Positions 37,642 through 48,340 of a stretch of 56,258 nucleotides of DNA are shown one piece after another. A program made the translations under genes and the position numbers. Position 1 is the first letter of the stretch. Each line of letters opens with the position of its first letter. This stretch comes from a virus (taxonomy: Duplodnaviria; Caudoviricetes), in the IMG/VR virus record IMGVR_UViG_3300046170_000034, positions 1 to 56,258 of that record; one strand, written 5' to 3'. The notes below the pieces were generated by a model. It was not told the DNA's origin. It searched no databases and was given only the letters and a program-made list of their open reading frames with translations.

Positions 37642-38090
37642 TGAACATAGATGTATTACGTAAAGAGATAGCCGAAGACGAAGGCTGTAAGTACGAAATT
37701 TATTTAGACCATCTAGGTCTGGAAACAACGGGCATTGGCCATCTGATCCTCGAAGGCGAGCCAGAGTATGGCAAACCCGTGGGTACAGTGGTCGAGCAAG
37801 ATCGTGTCAACCAGCTATTCAAGCTTGACATGGCGATCACGATTGACGAGTGCAAAGTTTTGTACGACGACTTCGATGATCTGTCAGAAGAGTGCCAGCA
37901 TATCATTGCGAACATGATGTTCAATATGGGTAGACCCCGCCTGTCTAAGTTCAAAGGCATGAAAGCGGCAGTCGATGCCCGCGACTTCAAACGCGCAAGC
38001 GAGGAAATGGTCGATTCGAGGTGGTACACGCAGGTAACTAACCGCGCAAGGCGTTTGGTCAACCGTATGCGGGCACTTGCAACCGACTGA
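37641..38090 (+). CDS. Endolysin, T4-like lysozyme (GH24)
   Basis: EDEG...YLDHLG..TTGIGHL (E/D/T triad), NMMFNMG, DSRWYTQV..RA. Confidence 0.9.
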   Translation: MNIDVLRKEIAEDEGCKYEIYLDHLGLETTGIGHLILEGEPEYGKPVGTVVEQDRVNQLFKLDMAITIDECKVLYDDFDDLSEECQHIIANMMFNMGRPRLSKFKGMKAAVDARDFKRASEEMVDSRWYTQVTNRARRLVNRMRALATD

Positions 38091-38114
38091 AATCATTAAA
38101 TAATAATACGGCCT

Positions 38115-38142
38115 CACGTCGAGTTCGTTTAGACTCGACGTG
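38115..38142. terminator. Hairpin between convergent late and replication operons
   Basis: CACGTCGAGT-N8-ACTCGACGTG, 10-bp stem; no clear U-tract. Confidence 0.5.
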
Positions 38143-38176
38143 TGGTAGTACCTTCACCTCGACGAGAGACGAAGTT

Positions 38177-40141
38177 TTATCCGACCTCACCCCAGTTGTC
38201 GCCCATTTCTGCATCGACCTTGAACGGAACCTTCAGATCAGGGACACATGTCTCCATGATCTCGACAATCCGTTCGGCTTGCCCCGGATCTTCGACATTG
38301 AAACACAGTTCATCATGCACTGTTAGCATCGGTAGCAGTCCCTCGGCGTAGCAATCGACCATCGCCTTCTTTGTCTGGTCAGCACTCGAACCTTGGATCA
38401 GCTTGTTCAACGCCTTGTATGTAAAGGCCGGGCGAATCCTGCCTACACCACCGTATTCCTTTGCCGCCGCTTCTAGTGGCAGTGGCTTGGTGTATCCATA
38501 TGACTTAGGTTCCCATAGATCAAAGCGGCACTTGCGACCAAGCATAGTGCGGATGTGACCGAACTTCTCTGCTTGTTTCGCAGCCATGTCAGCAATGCCC
38601 TTAACGAACGGAACCTTCTCATGGTAGTTGGCAAGTAGTACCTTTGCTTCTTCCTCGGTTATGTCCATGACACCAGCAAGTTTCTTCCTGCCCATGCCGT
38701 ACATGATACCAAGGTTAACAGTCTTGGCTTCCTTACGAGTAATGCCTGCAAGATCTGCTACCATCTGGTGAAAGTCTGCATCATCGTTCTTGTACAGTTC
38801 AACAACCTCGTTGATTGCCGGATGCGGATTCTTTATACTGGCGCAGTAATGTGCCAGCCAGCGAGGCTCCTGTGAGGCGTAGTCAAACGACCCCCACTTG
38901 CAACCTTCCTCTGGTATAAACAACCCACGGATCATAGCCTTTAATTCTGGATCACGGGCAGGGATCTGTTGCAGGTTTGGGTTGCTCGATGAAAAACGAC
39001 CCGTCACAGTACCGCCATCATCTGAACGAAGAGGATTAAATTCACAATGGATACGACCCTTATGCGAATGCTCAAGAATGGTTTCAATAAATGTTGTGTT
39101 GGCTTTGTTAAATTCACGAAGCTTTACTATCTTTGCCGCCAGTGGGTGATGGTGGTTAGAAAGAAACTGTTTTGTAAAGGAAGGCGCATTCGTGCCCTCT
39201 GTCCTATTGTACGGCAACCCAACGGAATCGAACGCCTTTGCTATAGATGTGGCGACCCACGGCTCAATGTAGTGCCCTGTTTCCCCTTTAATTTCCTCAA
39301 GTAGCTGAGTCTCGCGTTTCTTTAATTCCTTACGGGCGACTTGCGCTTTGTCCACATCAACACGCACACCGTTGGTACGCATGTCTAACAAGGGACGAAG
39401 TAACCCAGATTCAAGGTCGAAGATTCCAGTGACCTTATCAGCTACCATGTCTTGACGTAGCCTGTCCCAAAGCTTCAAGGTTACCGCTGCATCCTGCTCG
39501 GCATACGGACCGACAAAGTTACAAGGCATCTTCCACATCTCTGACTTAGGATTGACGCCGAAGTAGTCCGCTGCCTGTTTCAACAGCCGCTCGTTTTTGT
39601 ACTCGCCAAGATATTCGCCAGCCAATGAGTTCAGGTTGTAGTACCTACGATTCTCGTTCAAAAGTGGGGCGGCTATCATAGTGTCGATAATCGGTCCTTG
39701 AACCTCGATTCCTGCCCACCGCATCCAGCCAAGATCATACATTGCATTGTGCATAACCTTTTCGATCTTGGGTGTAGCCATCTGCTTCTTCAGCCAGTTG
39801 ACAACCTTAGACTCAGGGAAGTTTCCACCACCCTCATGTCTAACAGGGTAGTAGCCTATGAAGTCACCAGCCGCCACGGCGTAGCCAATGACGTATCCGT
39901 CATCTCGGCACCAGCCGGGACCTAACCGCATTAGATTCGGGTCTCGCGTTTCCAAGTCAATTGCTATGCGAGAGTACGCCGTTAAATCAGGGAATGACTG
40001 AGGCGGAGACCAGTCTTCTCGAACACCAGCGATAGAGTATTCTTTCATCTCTTCCGCATCTGCTACGTCGTTCTTATCCTTCATCTTCGGATACTCCTCT
40101 CGATGATCGGGATGATCTATAAAATTGTACTGATGACTCAT
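38177..40141 (-). CDS. polA: DNA polymerase family A with 3'-5' exonuclease
   Basis: Exo motifs IDLET, HNAMYDL, YAEQDA; motif A DYASQEPR, motif B RKEAKTVNLGIMYG, motif C TVHDEL. Confidence 0.96.
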   Translation of the reverse strand: MSHQYNFIDHPDHREEYPKMKDKNDVADAEEMKEYSIAGVREDWSPPQSFPDLTAYSRIAIDLETRDPNLMRLGPGWCRDDGYVIGYAVAAGDFIGYYPVRHEGGGNFPESKVVNWLKKQMATPKIEKVMHNAMYDLGWMRWAGIEVQGPIIDTMIAAPLLNENRRYYNLNSLAGEYLGEYKNERLLKQAADYFGVNPKSEMWKMPCNFVGPYAEQDAAVTLKLWDRLRQDMVADKVTGIFDLESGLLRPLLDMRTNGVRVDVDKAQVARKELKKRETQLLEEIKGETGHYIEPWVATSIAKAFDSVGLPYNRTEGTNAPSFTKQFLSNHHHPLAAKIVKLREFNKANTTFIETILEHSHKGRIHCEFNPLRSDDGGTVTGRFSSSNPNLQQIPARDPELKAMIRGLFIPEEGCKWGSFDYASQEPRWLAHYCASIKNPHPAINEVVELYKNDDADFHQMVADLAGITRKEAKTVNLGIMYGMGRKKLAGVMDITEEEAKVLLANYHEKVPFVKGIADMAAKQAEKFGHIRTMLGRKCRFDLWEPKSYGYTKPLPLEAAAKEYGGVGRIRPAFTYKALNKLIQGSSADQTKKAMVDCYAEGLLPMLTVHDELCFNVEDPGQAERIVEIMETCVPDLKVPFKVDAEMGDNWGEVG

Positions 40142-40419
40142 TATACATTGCTTTCGGGCTTCGATACAATTTCACCAGCGCAAGCCAAGTAGCCGCTACC
40201 ATCTACATAATTGTCTAGGTGACCTGCATTGCTTTTGATACGAGCAACTTTTAACAGGTTCATCATCACACCTACATCAGCGGCGGTTACAGGGTGCCCC
40301 AAATGAATAGTCCAGTACGCAGCGATAGTAGCAAAGTTGTCTTCCATATCCCCGTGATCCGCCGCCCTGTCTTGCGTGACGTAACCAATAGCTGTCTCTA
40401 GTATCTCTGCTCGTTTCAT
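40141..40419 (-). CDS. DUF6378-like phage protein
   Basis: DRAADHGD..DNF..IA..W...LLKVAR...DNYVDGSGY; ATG overlaps the helicase stop. Confidence 0.7.
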   Translation of the reverse strand: MKRAEILETAIGYVTQDRAADHGDMEDNFATIAAYWTIHLGHPVTAADVGVMMNLLKVARIKSNAGHLDNYVDGSGYLACAGEIVSKPESNV

Positions 40420-41939
40420 ATCCTGAATCTTTCCCATCCGCTTTCAATAATGTGTAGGTTGTGTCGTGCCCTCGTCGCACCTACATAGAAGGTACGTACT
40501 TCGGAGTCCTGATCTGGACTTTCGGCACATGCTCTGCTGGTTTCCGGTTAGTAGCGCGACGTTATCCGCCTCGCCACCTTTGGCTTTGTGAATCGTCGAT
40601 AGACGGATCCTCGGCTTCGCATCCCCGAGTATCCTCTCCCCACCCCGACGAACTGAGGATATGTAAAGAACTTCCTTCTCCGACACCTTGATTACGTCCG
40701 ACCAGTGTGTCTCTTTGGTAACGAGTAAATTGCACTTCTCGATAATGTCGTCGAGAGTATAAACTTCTTCGGGGTCTAACTTGTTCAAAAGTTTTTTCCC
40801 AGCCCGGGTTATATTCTCCGTTCTCAAAAACTTGCCAAACTCTTTTACTTCCTCGGATGTAAATGTCTCTCCTCTGCATAGCCGTAACCATACCTCCAAC
40901 GCCTTTAATGTGTTCGGGGAAATGGACCATCCGGTGCCCTCACGCCAGAACAGGTAGCCCTGCTCTTTGAGGTCTTGTGCAAGCTTGTTAACGATAAAGT
41001 TTGTTCGTCCAAGTATCAACCACTCACCAGTACGTAGATCCAAGTCCATGATATCATAATGGTACTCAACACTTCCATCATGATCGTTGGGTGCCCAGAC
41101 TTTTTGTTGGCGAATTCCTATACGTTTTACAAGATGTTGCGCGACGTTATACACTTCTCTTGGGAGTCTGTATGATTTATTTAAAACCACCACATCATCA
41201 CATGCGTTCATAAATTCTTCGACGCTAACACCCATCCAAGAATAGATGCATTGATCATCATCGCCAGCGTAATACACGCGCTTGGCTCTCGGTACTAGGA
41301 TCTCTTTTACCATACGCCACTGCAATGGGAACTAAGTCCTGTGCTTCGTCAACAATCAAAAGATCAAGATCAGGTCCCTTCGCTTCCAGCTATGAACTGC
41401 TCGATCATGTCAACAAAGTCCATCTTGTCATGGACGTCCTTGTACCTAGCTAGCGCATTGTTGATAACCTTTAACTGGCTAAGATTTAACCGCCAGTCAT
41501 TGGACTCATGAAACTGTTTTTCAACGCTGATTAACCTTGCCCGAGCAAGGTTAATAACATTTAGGTAAGCATCGCCCTGCTTCCCGCCCGTGAAGATAGG
41601 GTCCATCGTCAACGCGAAGAGAAGCGTGGGAAGGAAAACGGCAGTCCTATCAAACGCTCTAGTTCGTTGTAGTCTGAACCTTTCAACACATCCTTGGTGC
41701 TATTAAGACCAAGGTACTGAAACGCCAGCGAGTGCAGTGTTCTGAAATGTGTTAGATGCTTGGGGTCAATACCAAACTTCTCCACCGCCCTGTCCTTGGC
41801 CTCTGTCGCTGCCTTTTTTACTGAACGACACAAAGCCTATCCGGCTGGGGTTAACGCCATTGCTCAGTGCCTCATCAACTATACCAAGTAACTTGGTCGT
41901 CTTGCCTGTGCCCGGTGGTCCAAAGATAAGTGTTTCCAT
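40416..41939 (-). CDS. UvrD/Rep-like SF1 helicase (several frameshifts)
   Basis: GPPGTGKT, FRTLHSLA, IVDEAQD, AGDDDQCIY, SYRLP, STIHKAKGGEAD and FYVGATRA occur in order across ~5 frame breaks. Confidence 0.88.
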
Positions 41940-41940
41940 A

Positions 41941-42120
41941 CTAGTCTACCCTCTCGTAGAAATATGGCTCAACAACGTAGCCCAAAAAGTTTTTCTGGTT
42001 TGTTGGACGATCCATACAATTTTCGCAAACGTCGCCATGCTCTAGCATCTTGACTCGGCTGTAGTATGTTTTCCATTTGTGGCCGCAAGTGTCACATAAA
42101 AAGTATGCCGCATAATCCAT
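41941..42120 (-). CDS. Small zinc-ribbon protein (paralog of 42120..42326)
   Basis: MDYAAYFLCDTCGHKWKTYY...GDVCENC...VVEPYFYERVD*; 59 aa, below track cutoff. Confidence 0.75.
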   Translation of the reverse strand: MDYAAYFLCDTCGHKWKTYYSRVKMLEHGDVCENCMDRPTNQKNFLGYVVEPYFYERVD

Positions 42121-42326
42121 TACGACTTGCCCTCAAGGTCATATCCATCATAGTCCACTTCTGTGTAGAAGTGAGGTTCAACGACAACCATTTTGTCCGT
42201 GCCCCATTGGTTATCGTCAGTGCATACCTGACAGGCATCACCTTTATCCATCGATTTGTGCTTGTTATAAAACACCTTCCATTTGGATTTACATATGTCG
42301 CAGTAAAAGTTAGCTATGTATCCCAT
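42120..42326 (-). CDS. Small zinc-ribbon protein
   Basis: CDICKSKW...GDACQVC...VVEPHFY. Confidence 0.75.
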   Translation of the reverse strand: MGYIANFYCDICKSKWKVFYNKHKSMDKGDACQVCTDDNQWGTDKMVVVEPHFYTEVDYDGYDLEGKS

Positions 42327-43867
42327 TAGAACGGCACCTCGTTATCTTCTATGTGAACGTCAGGTACATCAACCTGACCCTTAAATTCAGGGACGTGCCA
42401 CACACGTATGGTCTTCCACTGACCTTTTGAATCTTTAAAGTTTTTAACGCCGTTTGCCTCTCCGTCAGGGTTCATTTCTTTCAGACGTTCCTGTATCTGC
42501 CCTCTGCTGTATGTGTCAAACTTTGCATTACGTAGGAATTTAATCAAAGACTCGATGCGGAAGAAGGTTAGACCATCCTCTGTCCACGGCTTACCCAATG
42601 ACAGTTCTTCTATGCTAGCCGCTTGCACCCTGCCACCACAGTAGTCTTCAACCAGATCCAAGAACTGACCTTTATACGTAAGTTCTTCCGGAACCTCGAT
42701 CTCACTCATATCAGCCATCATCATTGAAACAAGATCCTGCCAGTCGGCCATCTTCATCATAGGTGGCATGACGCGGATCTGTTCCATACAAGCTTTCTGA
42801 AACTTCTGCGGTGTCTGTAGTTCCTCTGTAATCAGTTCGACACGCTTGCCATCAACGTCACAGAACCAGACTGGTGGCTCTGACTTCACAACGCACAGGC
42901 CAGTAACGTCTACGCTTGCGCTTGCCCCGCCAATGCCATACTTGCGGGTCTTACACAGTGTTCTGTTGCAACGAGACTTGAACGGCTCCTGCTGGCAGGG
43001 AAAGCCGTATTCTTTTTTGTCATGCTGTTGCTGAACTGTCACAACTTCCGCAGCAGGAAGCGGTGGGTCAACGTGTTTAGTGTTGATTTCTTCGAGACGA
43101 GCCTTCCAGTTTTCCGGTTGCTCTTTCTTACAGGCCACGCAAGCACCGAACATTACGGTGTTACGTGTGCCCTCTGGCACACCGTCAGAGAATAGACTCT
43201 GCATGCAGGGTGGCCACTCGTTAAACTCATCGATCTTCTTGCCAAGCGTCAGGTTTACAAAGTCGTCTGGTGTACAGGTTCGATCCTTCACCATCTGAAG
43301 GAACTCGTCGAACGTAGCTTCCTCGCCATCTTCTTTTATGGCGTAGCGCATTGTCTGATCTTGGTCAAAATAAGGCAGGTTGATGAAGTTACCTACATCA
43401 CCACGCTCAACTAGGATCTGCTCTTGCTTGGGGAATATCTCACAGCCGCCATGCCCAAGGAACGCGGATATTTCTCCGGCCTTATCCCTAAACTCACCAG
43501 CGCTGATCTCTTCTGAGAAGAAAAAGAATATGTGTGCCCCGCCAGACTTTGACCGACACACAACAGCAGGAACCTTATTGTCTTGAAGTCTACGATCAAG
43601 AGCAGGTAAATCCAGTGGGTATAAATCAATGTCCAATGCGCCGAAGCTACACTTGTTGTTTGCTTTAATAGGTATAGAACCAACACCCTTCTTTCCCGAA
43701 AGGTGGCCTTGAACTAACTCAATCGTAAGAGGTTGCCTTACAATGAATGACTTAGCTTTTTGTTTCCCGGCTCTGCGTTCTTCTGATATTTGTGTCTGTC
43801 CATGTGCGCCATCGAAGCCGTTAAACGCCGCCATGAACCTTGTGGCTTGATCCATTGATATCTCCAT
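42326..43867 (-). CDS. DNA primase (AEP/PrimPol type)
   Basis: LDID, SKSGGAH, GNFINLPY, PPCM...EGTRN (PriCT-like) motifs. Confidence 0.85.
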   Translation of the reverse strand: MEISMDQATRFMAAFNGFDGAHGQTQISEERRAGKQKAKSFIVRQPLTIELVQGHLSGKKGVGSIPIKANNKCSFGALDIDLYPLDLPALDRRLQDNKVPAVVCRSKSGGAHIFFFFSEEISAGEFRDKAGEISAFLGHGGCEIFPKQEQILVERGDVGNFINLPYFDQDQTMRYAIKEDGEEATFDEFLQMVKDRTCTPDDFVNLTLGKKIDEFNEWPPCMQSLFSDGVPEGTRNTVMFGACVACKKEQPENWKARLEEINTKHVDPPLPAAEVVTVQQQHDKKEYGFPCQQEPFKSRCNRTLCKTRKYGIGGASASVDVTGLCVVKSEPPVWFCDVDGKRVELITEELQTPQKFQKACMEQIRVMPPMMKMADWQDLVSMMMADMSEIEVPEELTYKGQFLDLVEDYCGGRVQAASIEELSLGKPWTEDGLTFFRIESLIKFLRNAKFDTYSRGQIQERLKEMNPDGEANGVKNFKDSKGQWKTIRVWHVPEFKGQVDVPDVHIEDNEVPF

Positions 43868-43883
43868 CTAGCCTAAAGGTGTA

Positions 43884-43919
43884 TTGAGGGACGCGACAAC
43901 CAAAAAACGCGTCCCTCAA
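43884..43919. other. 12-bp stem hairpin between SSB and primase
   Basis: TTGAGGGACGCG-N12-CGCGTCCCTCAA. Confidence 0.7.
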
Positions 43920-43924
43920 ACTGG

Positions 43925-44733
43925 CTAGAACGGGATGTCGTCGGTATCCTGCTGGCTAGATGTTGTGTTCTGCATCTCATCAGACGTACCAGCTTGGGTC
44001 TTTACCTCGCCGGACTTGAATGACTGGAAGAAAGAACGTGCGGCCTCGAACGCCGAACCGGGGATCTCCGTTGGCTCAACACGAGTTACCCCGAAGTTAT
44101 ACCACGTACCACGATCATTGCTCTCAGTGACCGCAGTCAAACGCCATGCTGTACCCCACATAGGCGGGTTAAACAAACCGTTAGGACCTTGATACTGAAC
44201 CATGCGCATCTGTGTGTTCCAACGCTTGGACACTTTCAACTGCGTCTTCTTCATGTCACAGATTGCTTGCTGGGTAGCACCAGACTTTGGATCTACAATC
44301 ATGACAAGATGTTGTGCTGAACGCACCAACTCATTACCACTGGGTAACATCTCCGCATTACCCTCGCGTGTAGTGTTGGCAATGTCAGGATGGTTGGCTG
44401 GTATCTCACCTTGGAACCCACCACCAGAGTCACGCAGTGCAAACTCAAGGTACTTCACGGCATAGCCACACGGGATGACAATCACACCGTCGTCACCGTC
44501 CCATGTCTGACCCGTCACTGTGTTGACCAAGTCACCAGCCGACGCGCCCTTAATAAACTTAGGGGTCGTTCTTCTGGATCTCTGGCGACAGTGCTTGCAA
44601 TACCCGTAAGGAACGGGATCTGCATATCCTCTGTACCAATGCTATCCATACCTTCACCAGCAAAAGCGGCCATATCGGCCATGATTGTTGTTGGAAGGGT
44701 TTCTTTCTTTTCTGCTACTGCTGTATCAGCCAT
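43925..44733 (-). CDS. Single-stranded DNA-binding protein (two frameshifts near 44565-44610)
   Basis: MADTAVAEKK...IPFLRVLQALSP...; acidic C-terminal tail DTDDIPF; 809 nt (3n+2). Confidence 0.7.
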
Positions 44734-44735
44734 GT

Positions 44736-45305
44736 CTAACTCCTTGTGATCTTGGCTTCGTTGCCTACAAATACTCCGAACGTATCGAAGTCTAGTTCCT
44801 TGCCGCTTTCGACGCGACCCTTTACCCATGCCTTCAAAGTAGAAGGATGGACGTGTGTCTTTTGCGAAGGCTCAAGGCCATACTGACCTCGAAGATCTTC
44901 CACGACAGCACCTGCCATGTTGTCCTCACCTGCTTTGAATGACACGATGACATCGTTTTTGATGATGTCCGCCTCACCGATTGAACGCAGAAAGGCGAAC
45001 GCCTCGTCGCGCTTGTCCTCGGATATACGCGCATGAACGAACTGACGGACGCTGACCTTGTGGTCATCGACAGTCACGCTATCCATACCCATCTCATTCA
45101 TGAGCATAGGTATGTCTTCCTCGTTCACTTTTCTTTTTTTGAACTTGAGATCTTTCAAATACTGTTCAGTATTCTTGATCTCCTCATCGATCTGAATAGA
45201 TCTGCGGATCAGGTTAGAAAGATCACTAGCACCTTCCTTACCTACCTCGTCAAACTTATCGGCGTTGACAGCCTCTTCTTCAAATAGCGAAAACACATCG
45301 CTCAT
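44736..45305 (-). CDS. Conserved replication-module hypothetical protein
   Basis: AGGAG RBS; EEDIPMLM, DIIKN, VHPSTLKAWVK. Confidence 0.75.
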   Translation of the reverse strand: MSDVFSLFEEEAVNADKFDEVGKEGASDLSNLIRRSIQIDEEIKNTEQYLKDLKFKKRKVNEEDIPMLMNEMGMDSVTVDDHKVSVRQFVHARISEDKRDEAFAFLRSIGEADIIKNDVIVSFKAGEDNMAGAVVEDLRGQYGLEPSQKTHVHPSTLKAWVKGRVESGKELDFDTFGVFVGNEAKITRS

Positions 45306-45415
45306 CGTACATCTCCTTTCGTACAAAGTTTTTGCCCTTCGGCAGTGAACGGGGTTTGTATCATATTTTTACTAGGGAAATAAACCCATTAAATTCCCTA
45401 GTGGGGACGCAGCCC

Positions 45416-45560
45416 CTATGCAGCTTCTTTTCCTGCAATCTGTTTAACCATGTGCGCCACCTGCTTGCTGACACTTCTGTCATTCTTCTCAGCCTAACTG
45501 ACGCAGTATTGTGTAAATATCTATAGACACAGCTATAGATTTCCATTTCGCGCTATCCAT
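45416..45560 (-). CDS. Ribbon-helix-helix (Arc/CopG-like) regulator, one frameshift
   Basis: AAGGAG RBS; MDSAKWKSIAVSIDIYTILRQL/AEKNDRSVSKQVAHMVKQIAGKEAA*; 145 nt (3n+1). Confidence 0.65.
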
Positions 45561-45595
45561 GATTTCTCCTTGTGTAAAAACTGTTTGCTCCGTAG

Positions 45596-45624
45596 AATCT
45601 ATTGGGATTAACCCAGAGGGTCAA
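45596..45624 (-). promoter_or_regulatory. Sigma70-like promoter with palindromic spacer
   Basis: TTGACC-17-TAGATT; spacer contains TGGGTTAATCCCA. Confidence 0.55.
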
Positions 45625-45631
45625 GTACCAA

Positions 45632-45989
45632 ATGAGACCAGATCGTAGAATTAGGGACGGTAAAAGATCTGAACTGATTGCCGCCGACTGGTTGCTGTCC
45701 CAAAACTGCTATGTGTACCAACCATTCGTCGAGCAAGGTCCTATAGATTTGATTGCACTTTCTCCGACCGGGGAACTTCTGTGCTTCGATGTTAAAACTG
45801 TTGGCCGTAGAAAAAATGGCTCAATCATTTCTCGTCTCCTTAAAGAACCGCAGCAAAAGCTGGGCGTTCGGTTATTGTATGTTGACCTCGAGACAGGCCA
45901 GTGTGCCCTTGTATCCTCATCAGCTAGAGGCACCGCAGTCAAACTTTCAGAAGAGTGCCCAAAGGGTAGCAGGAAAAAAACGCATCTAA
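45632..45989 (+). CDS. PD-(D/E)xK endonuclease, opposite strand to neighbours
   Basis: GKRSELIAADWL...GPIDLI...FDVKT. Probable frameshift near 45910; the unshifted frame runs to 46075. Confidence 0.65.
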
Positions 45990-47445
45990 TCGTCACTTCG
46001 GCGGGGGGAAAGTTCCAACCATTTCTTCACTTCTTCGCCAAGGGTCTGAGCAGACAACTCGATCTTCCCCTGTAGCGTCTTCACAATGTGCTCGTCCACC
46101 GTATTCTTCGTCATTAGATCTACATACAGAACCGAATGCTTCTGACCAATCCGGTGTGCTCCGATCCTCAGACTGAACCCGAGTCTCAAGATTAAAGTCA
46201 TTGGCATAATAGATCACATTCGTTGCCGCCGTTAACGTAAGTCCATACCCTGCGGTCTGCGGGTTAGCCACAAAGAACCTAGCCTCGCCATGCTGGAATG
46301 ATTGCACCGCATCGATACGATCCTGCTCACTCGTGTCCCCGAAATAACTGACCGTGGAACTCGAACCGTGGATCTTACGTAATGTCTCTGTGATCTTCTT
46401 GATGTCGTAACGAAAGCGCGACCAGATAATAACCTTGCCTGTCATCTCATCTATGCAATCAACCATCGACTGTAGCCGCTTGGTAGGCACCTCAACCATC
46501 TCGCCATCATCGGTCATTACATGGCCACACAGTACCTGCTGAAGCCTGAGTAGCTGTGTCATAGCCGCCGGAGCAGTAACCAAGCCACCGTCCTCTAGGA
46601 TCGCCACTGCGGCAGACTTGATGGACGCATAATAGTCTAGCTGTTGCTCAGTTAGTCCGACATTTCTGGTGGTGTATATCTTGTCCGGCAGATCCAGTGC
46701 TTCCTCTTTGGTCACACGATAAGAGAATGTCCGTAGCTTGTCAGACAGTTCCTCTAAGTTCTTGTACCCGACTATCTGCTGAAATGAATGAGCGCCCATG
46801 CGCTGGGTTCTAGTGATTGCAAACCTGCCCTGAAAAGAATAGTAAGAGTCGTGACCCAGCAGTTTCTTATCCATGAACCCGCATTGTGCATACAGATCTA
46901 GCGGTGACTTTGTAACAGGTGACCCCGTAAGTATGCGCTTATATGTGGCGTCCTGAGAAAGCTTGACCAGAGCCTTCGTTCTCTTGGCCTTGGGGTTCTT
47001 GATTGTAGTTGACTCATCGACAGCAAGAAGGAATGTGCTGTTCTTTGTGAATGCGCCCATGAATTTCGGTAGCTTCGCTGTTGCGAAACCTTCCACGTTC
47101 GCCAGAAAGATGCGCAAGACACCACGCTTCTGCATGCCATCTTTAAGTCTTTCGGCTTGCTTCTTGTTTGGACTCGCACTCCATACATATATCTCACACT
47201 GAATGTTGTCTGGGAAATGAGCCGGTATTTCGCTAATCTCCCAGTTACGGTACACCCCCTTCGGAGCGACGATAACGGCAGTGTCGATCTTACCCTTGTT
47301 CGTATAGCCAGACGATGTTGTCGAGAAGTACCTTGGATTTTCCACAACCCATCTCCATAAAGTACGCATAACTTGTGCGCTCGTGACCTTTTACCAATGC
47401 CTCATGCTGATGCGCATACGGCTCAGTTTTATAATTAAATTTCAT
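45986..47445 (-). CDS. SNF2-like SF2 helicase (two frameshifts)
   Basis: PYAHQ, MEMGCGKS, VDEST, LTGSP, GYGLTL, QSEDR/AHRIGQ; breaks near 47297 and 46160. Confidence 0.9.
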
Positions 47446-47463
47446 TGTATAGCTCCACCTATA

Positions 47464-47694
47464 TTATTCTTCGTCTTCTTCTCCACCCAACATGATGCCG
47501 AACCTTGCGGCTTCCATGTACCAAAATATCTCGGCCGGGTCGTGAATGGTTGTAACCATCTGCACTGCGCCTTCCTTGTTCTGACCCAATATAATTAAGT
47601 CCTTGAAGTTGTCTGCCGCCAGTTCACATACCTTCGATACTGGCTCCAGCGTTTTCTCTACCTTGTTAGCAGGAAAGCTTATTACATTACTCAT
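47464..47694 (-). CDS. Small hypothetical protein
   Basis: AAGGAG RBS; MSNVISFP. Confidence 0.65.
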   Translation of the reverse strand: MSNVISFPANKVEKTLEPVSKVCELAADNFKDLIILGQNKEGAVQMVTTIHDPAEIFWYMEAARFGIMLGGEEDEE

Positions 47695-47936
47695 GTTGCG
47701 CATTCTCCTTGACAGCAATCATCTATTACACTTTTACAGCGTGTGCACTGAATATGTCCATGCACTTCCACCCGACCAGAATTCCCGCACCTCGGACATA
47801 CGTCCTTTAGTGACATCTCTAAGCTTAACTCAGACCGACACAACTTTAATTCTATCTCGTTGTTTGTTTTGTACCGTTTGTCAGGCACAACATGATGCTG
47901 GCGAATGCTTCGCCAGTTTGGATCTCGTTGTTTCAT
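47691..47936 (-). CDS. Small Zn-finger protein
   Basis: CPRC...HGHIQCTRC...DCCQG. Confidence 0.6.
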   Translation of the reverse strand: MKQRDPNWRSIRQHHVVPDKRYKTNNEIELKLCRSELSLEMSLKDVCPRCGNSGRVEVHGHIQCTRCKSVIDDCCQGECAT

Positions 47937-47937
47937 T

Positions 47938-48138
47938 TTATCCCCGCAGCATTCTAGACCATGCGATCATCAACCGACCCTGCTCATCATCATCGGGTGA
48001 ATTTGCAATGACATCATGAACACAGCTATCGATAATTGCCACTGCCTCTGCCCAGTCTATAGGCTCAGAACTAGGTGACGCCGCATTAACGAATGAGGGT
48101 GACACCGTATCTTTCCAGTCTTTCTTTTCCGGACTCAT
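47938..48138 (-). CDS. Small hypothetical protein
   Basis: GAGGAG RBS, ATG 48138. Confidence 0.55.
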   Translation of the reverse strand: MSPEKKDWKDTVSPSFVNAASPSSEPIDWAEAVAIIDSCVHDVIANSPDDDEQGRLMIAWSRMLRG

Positions 48139-48289
48139 TTTTAATCTCCTCAAAGTAACAAGGTGTGCATAACAACTCAGCACCATGATAAACGTCCGCT
48201 CGCGTATCGCATCGCTGACATTTTTTGTTATGATAGATTATGGTGTGGGATCTTGCAAGATCATCCTGCATCCTGCGTCTCCTCATCAC
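48086..48289 (-). CDS. Small Cys-containing hypothetical protein
   Basis: CQRC...LCTPC. Confidence 0.45.
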   Translation of the reverse strand: MMRRRRMQDDLARSHTIIYHNKKCQRCDTRADVYHGAELLCTPCYFEEIKNESGKERLERYGVTLIR

Positions 48290-48340
48290 GTTTCAAGCTA
48301 CCATTAATCCTGCGCCCCAATAGATTTACCGGGAATTTAG

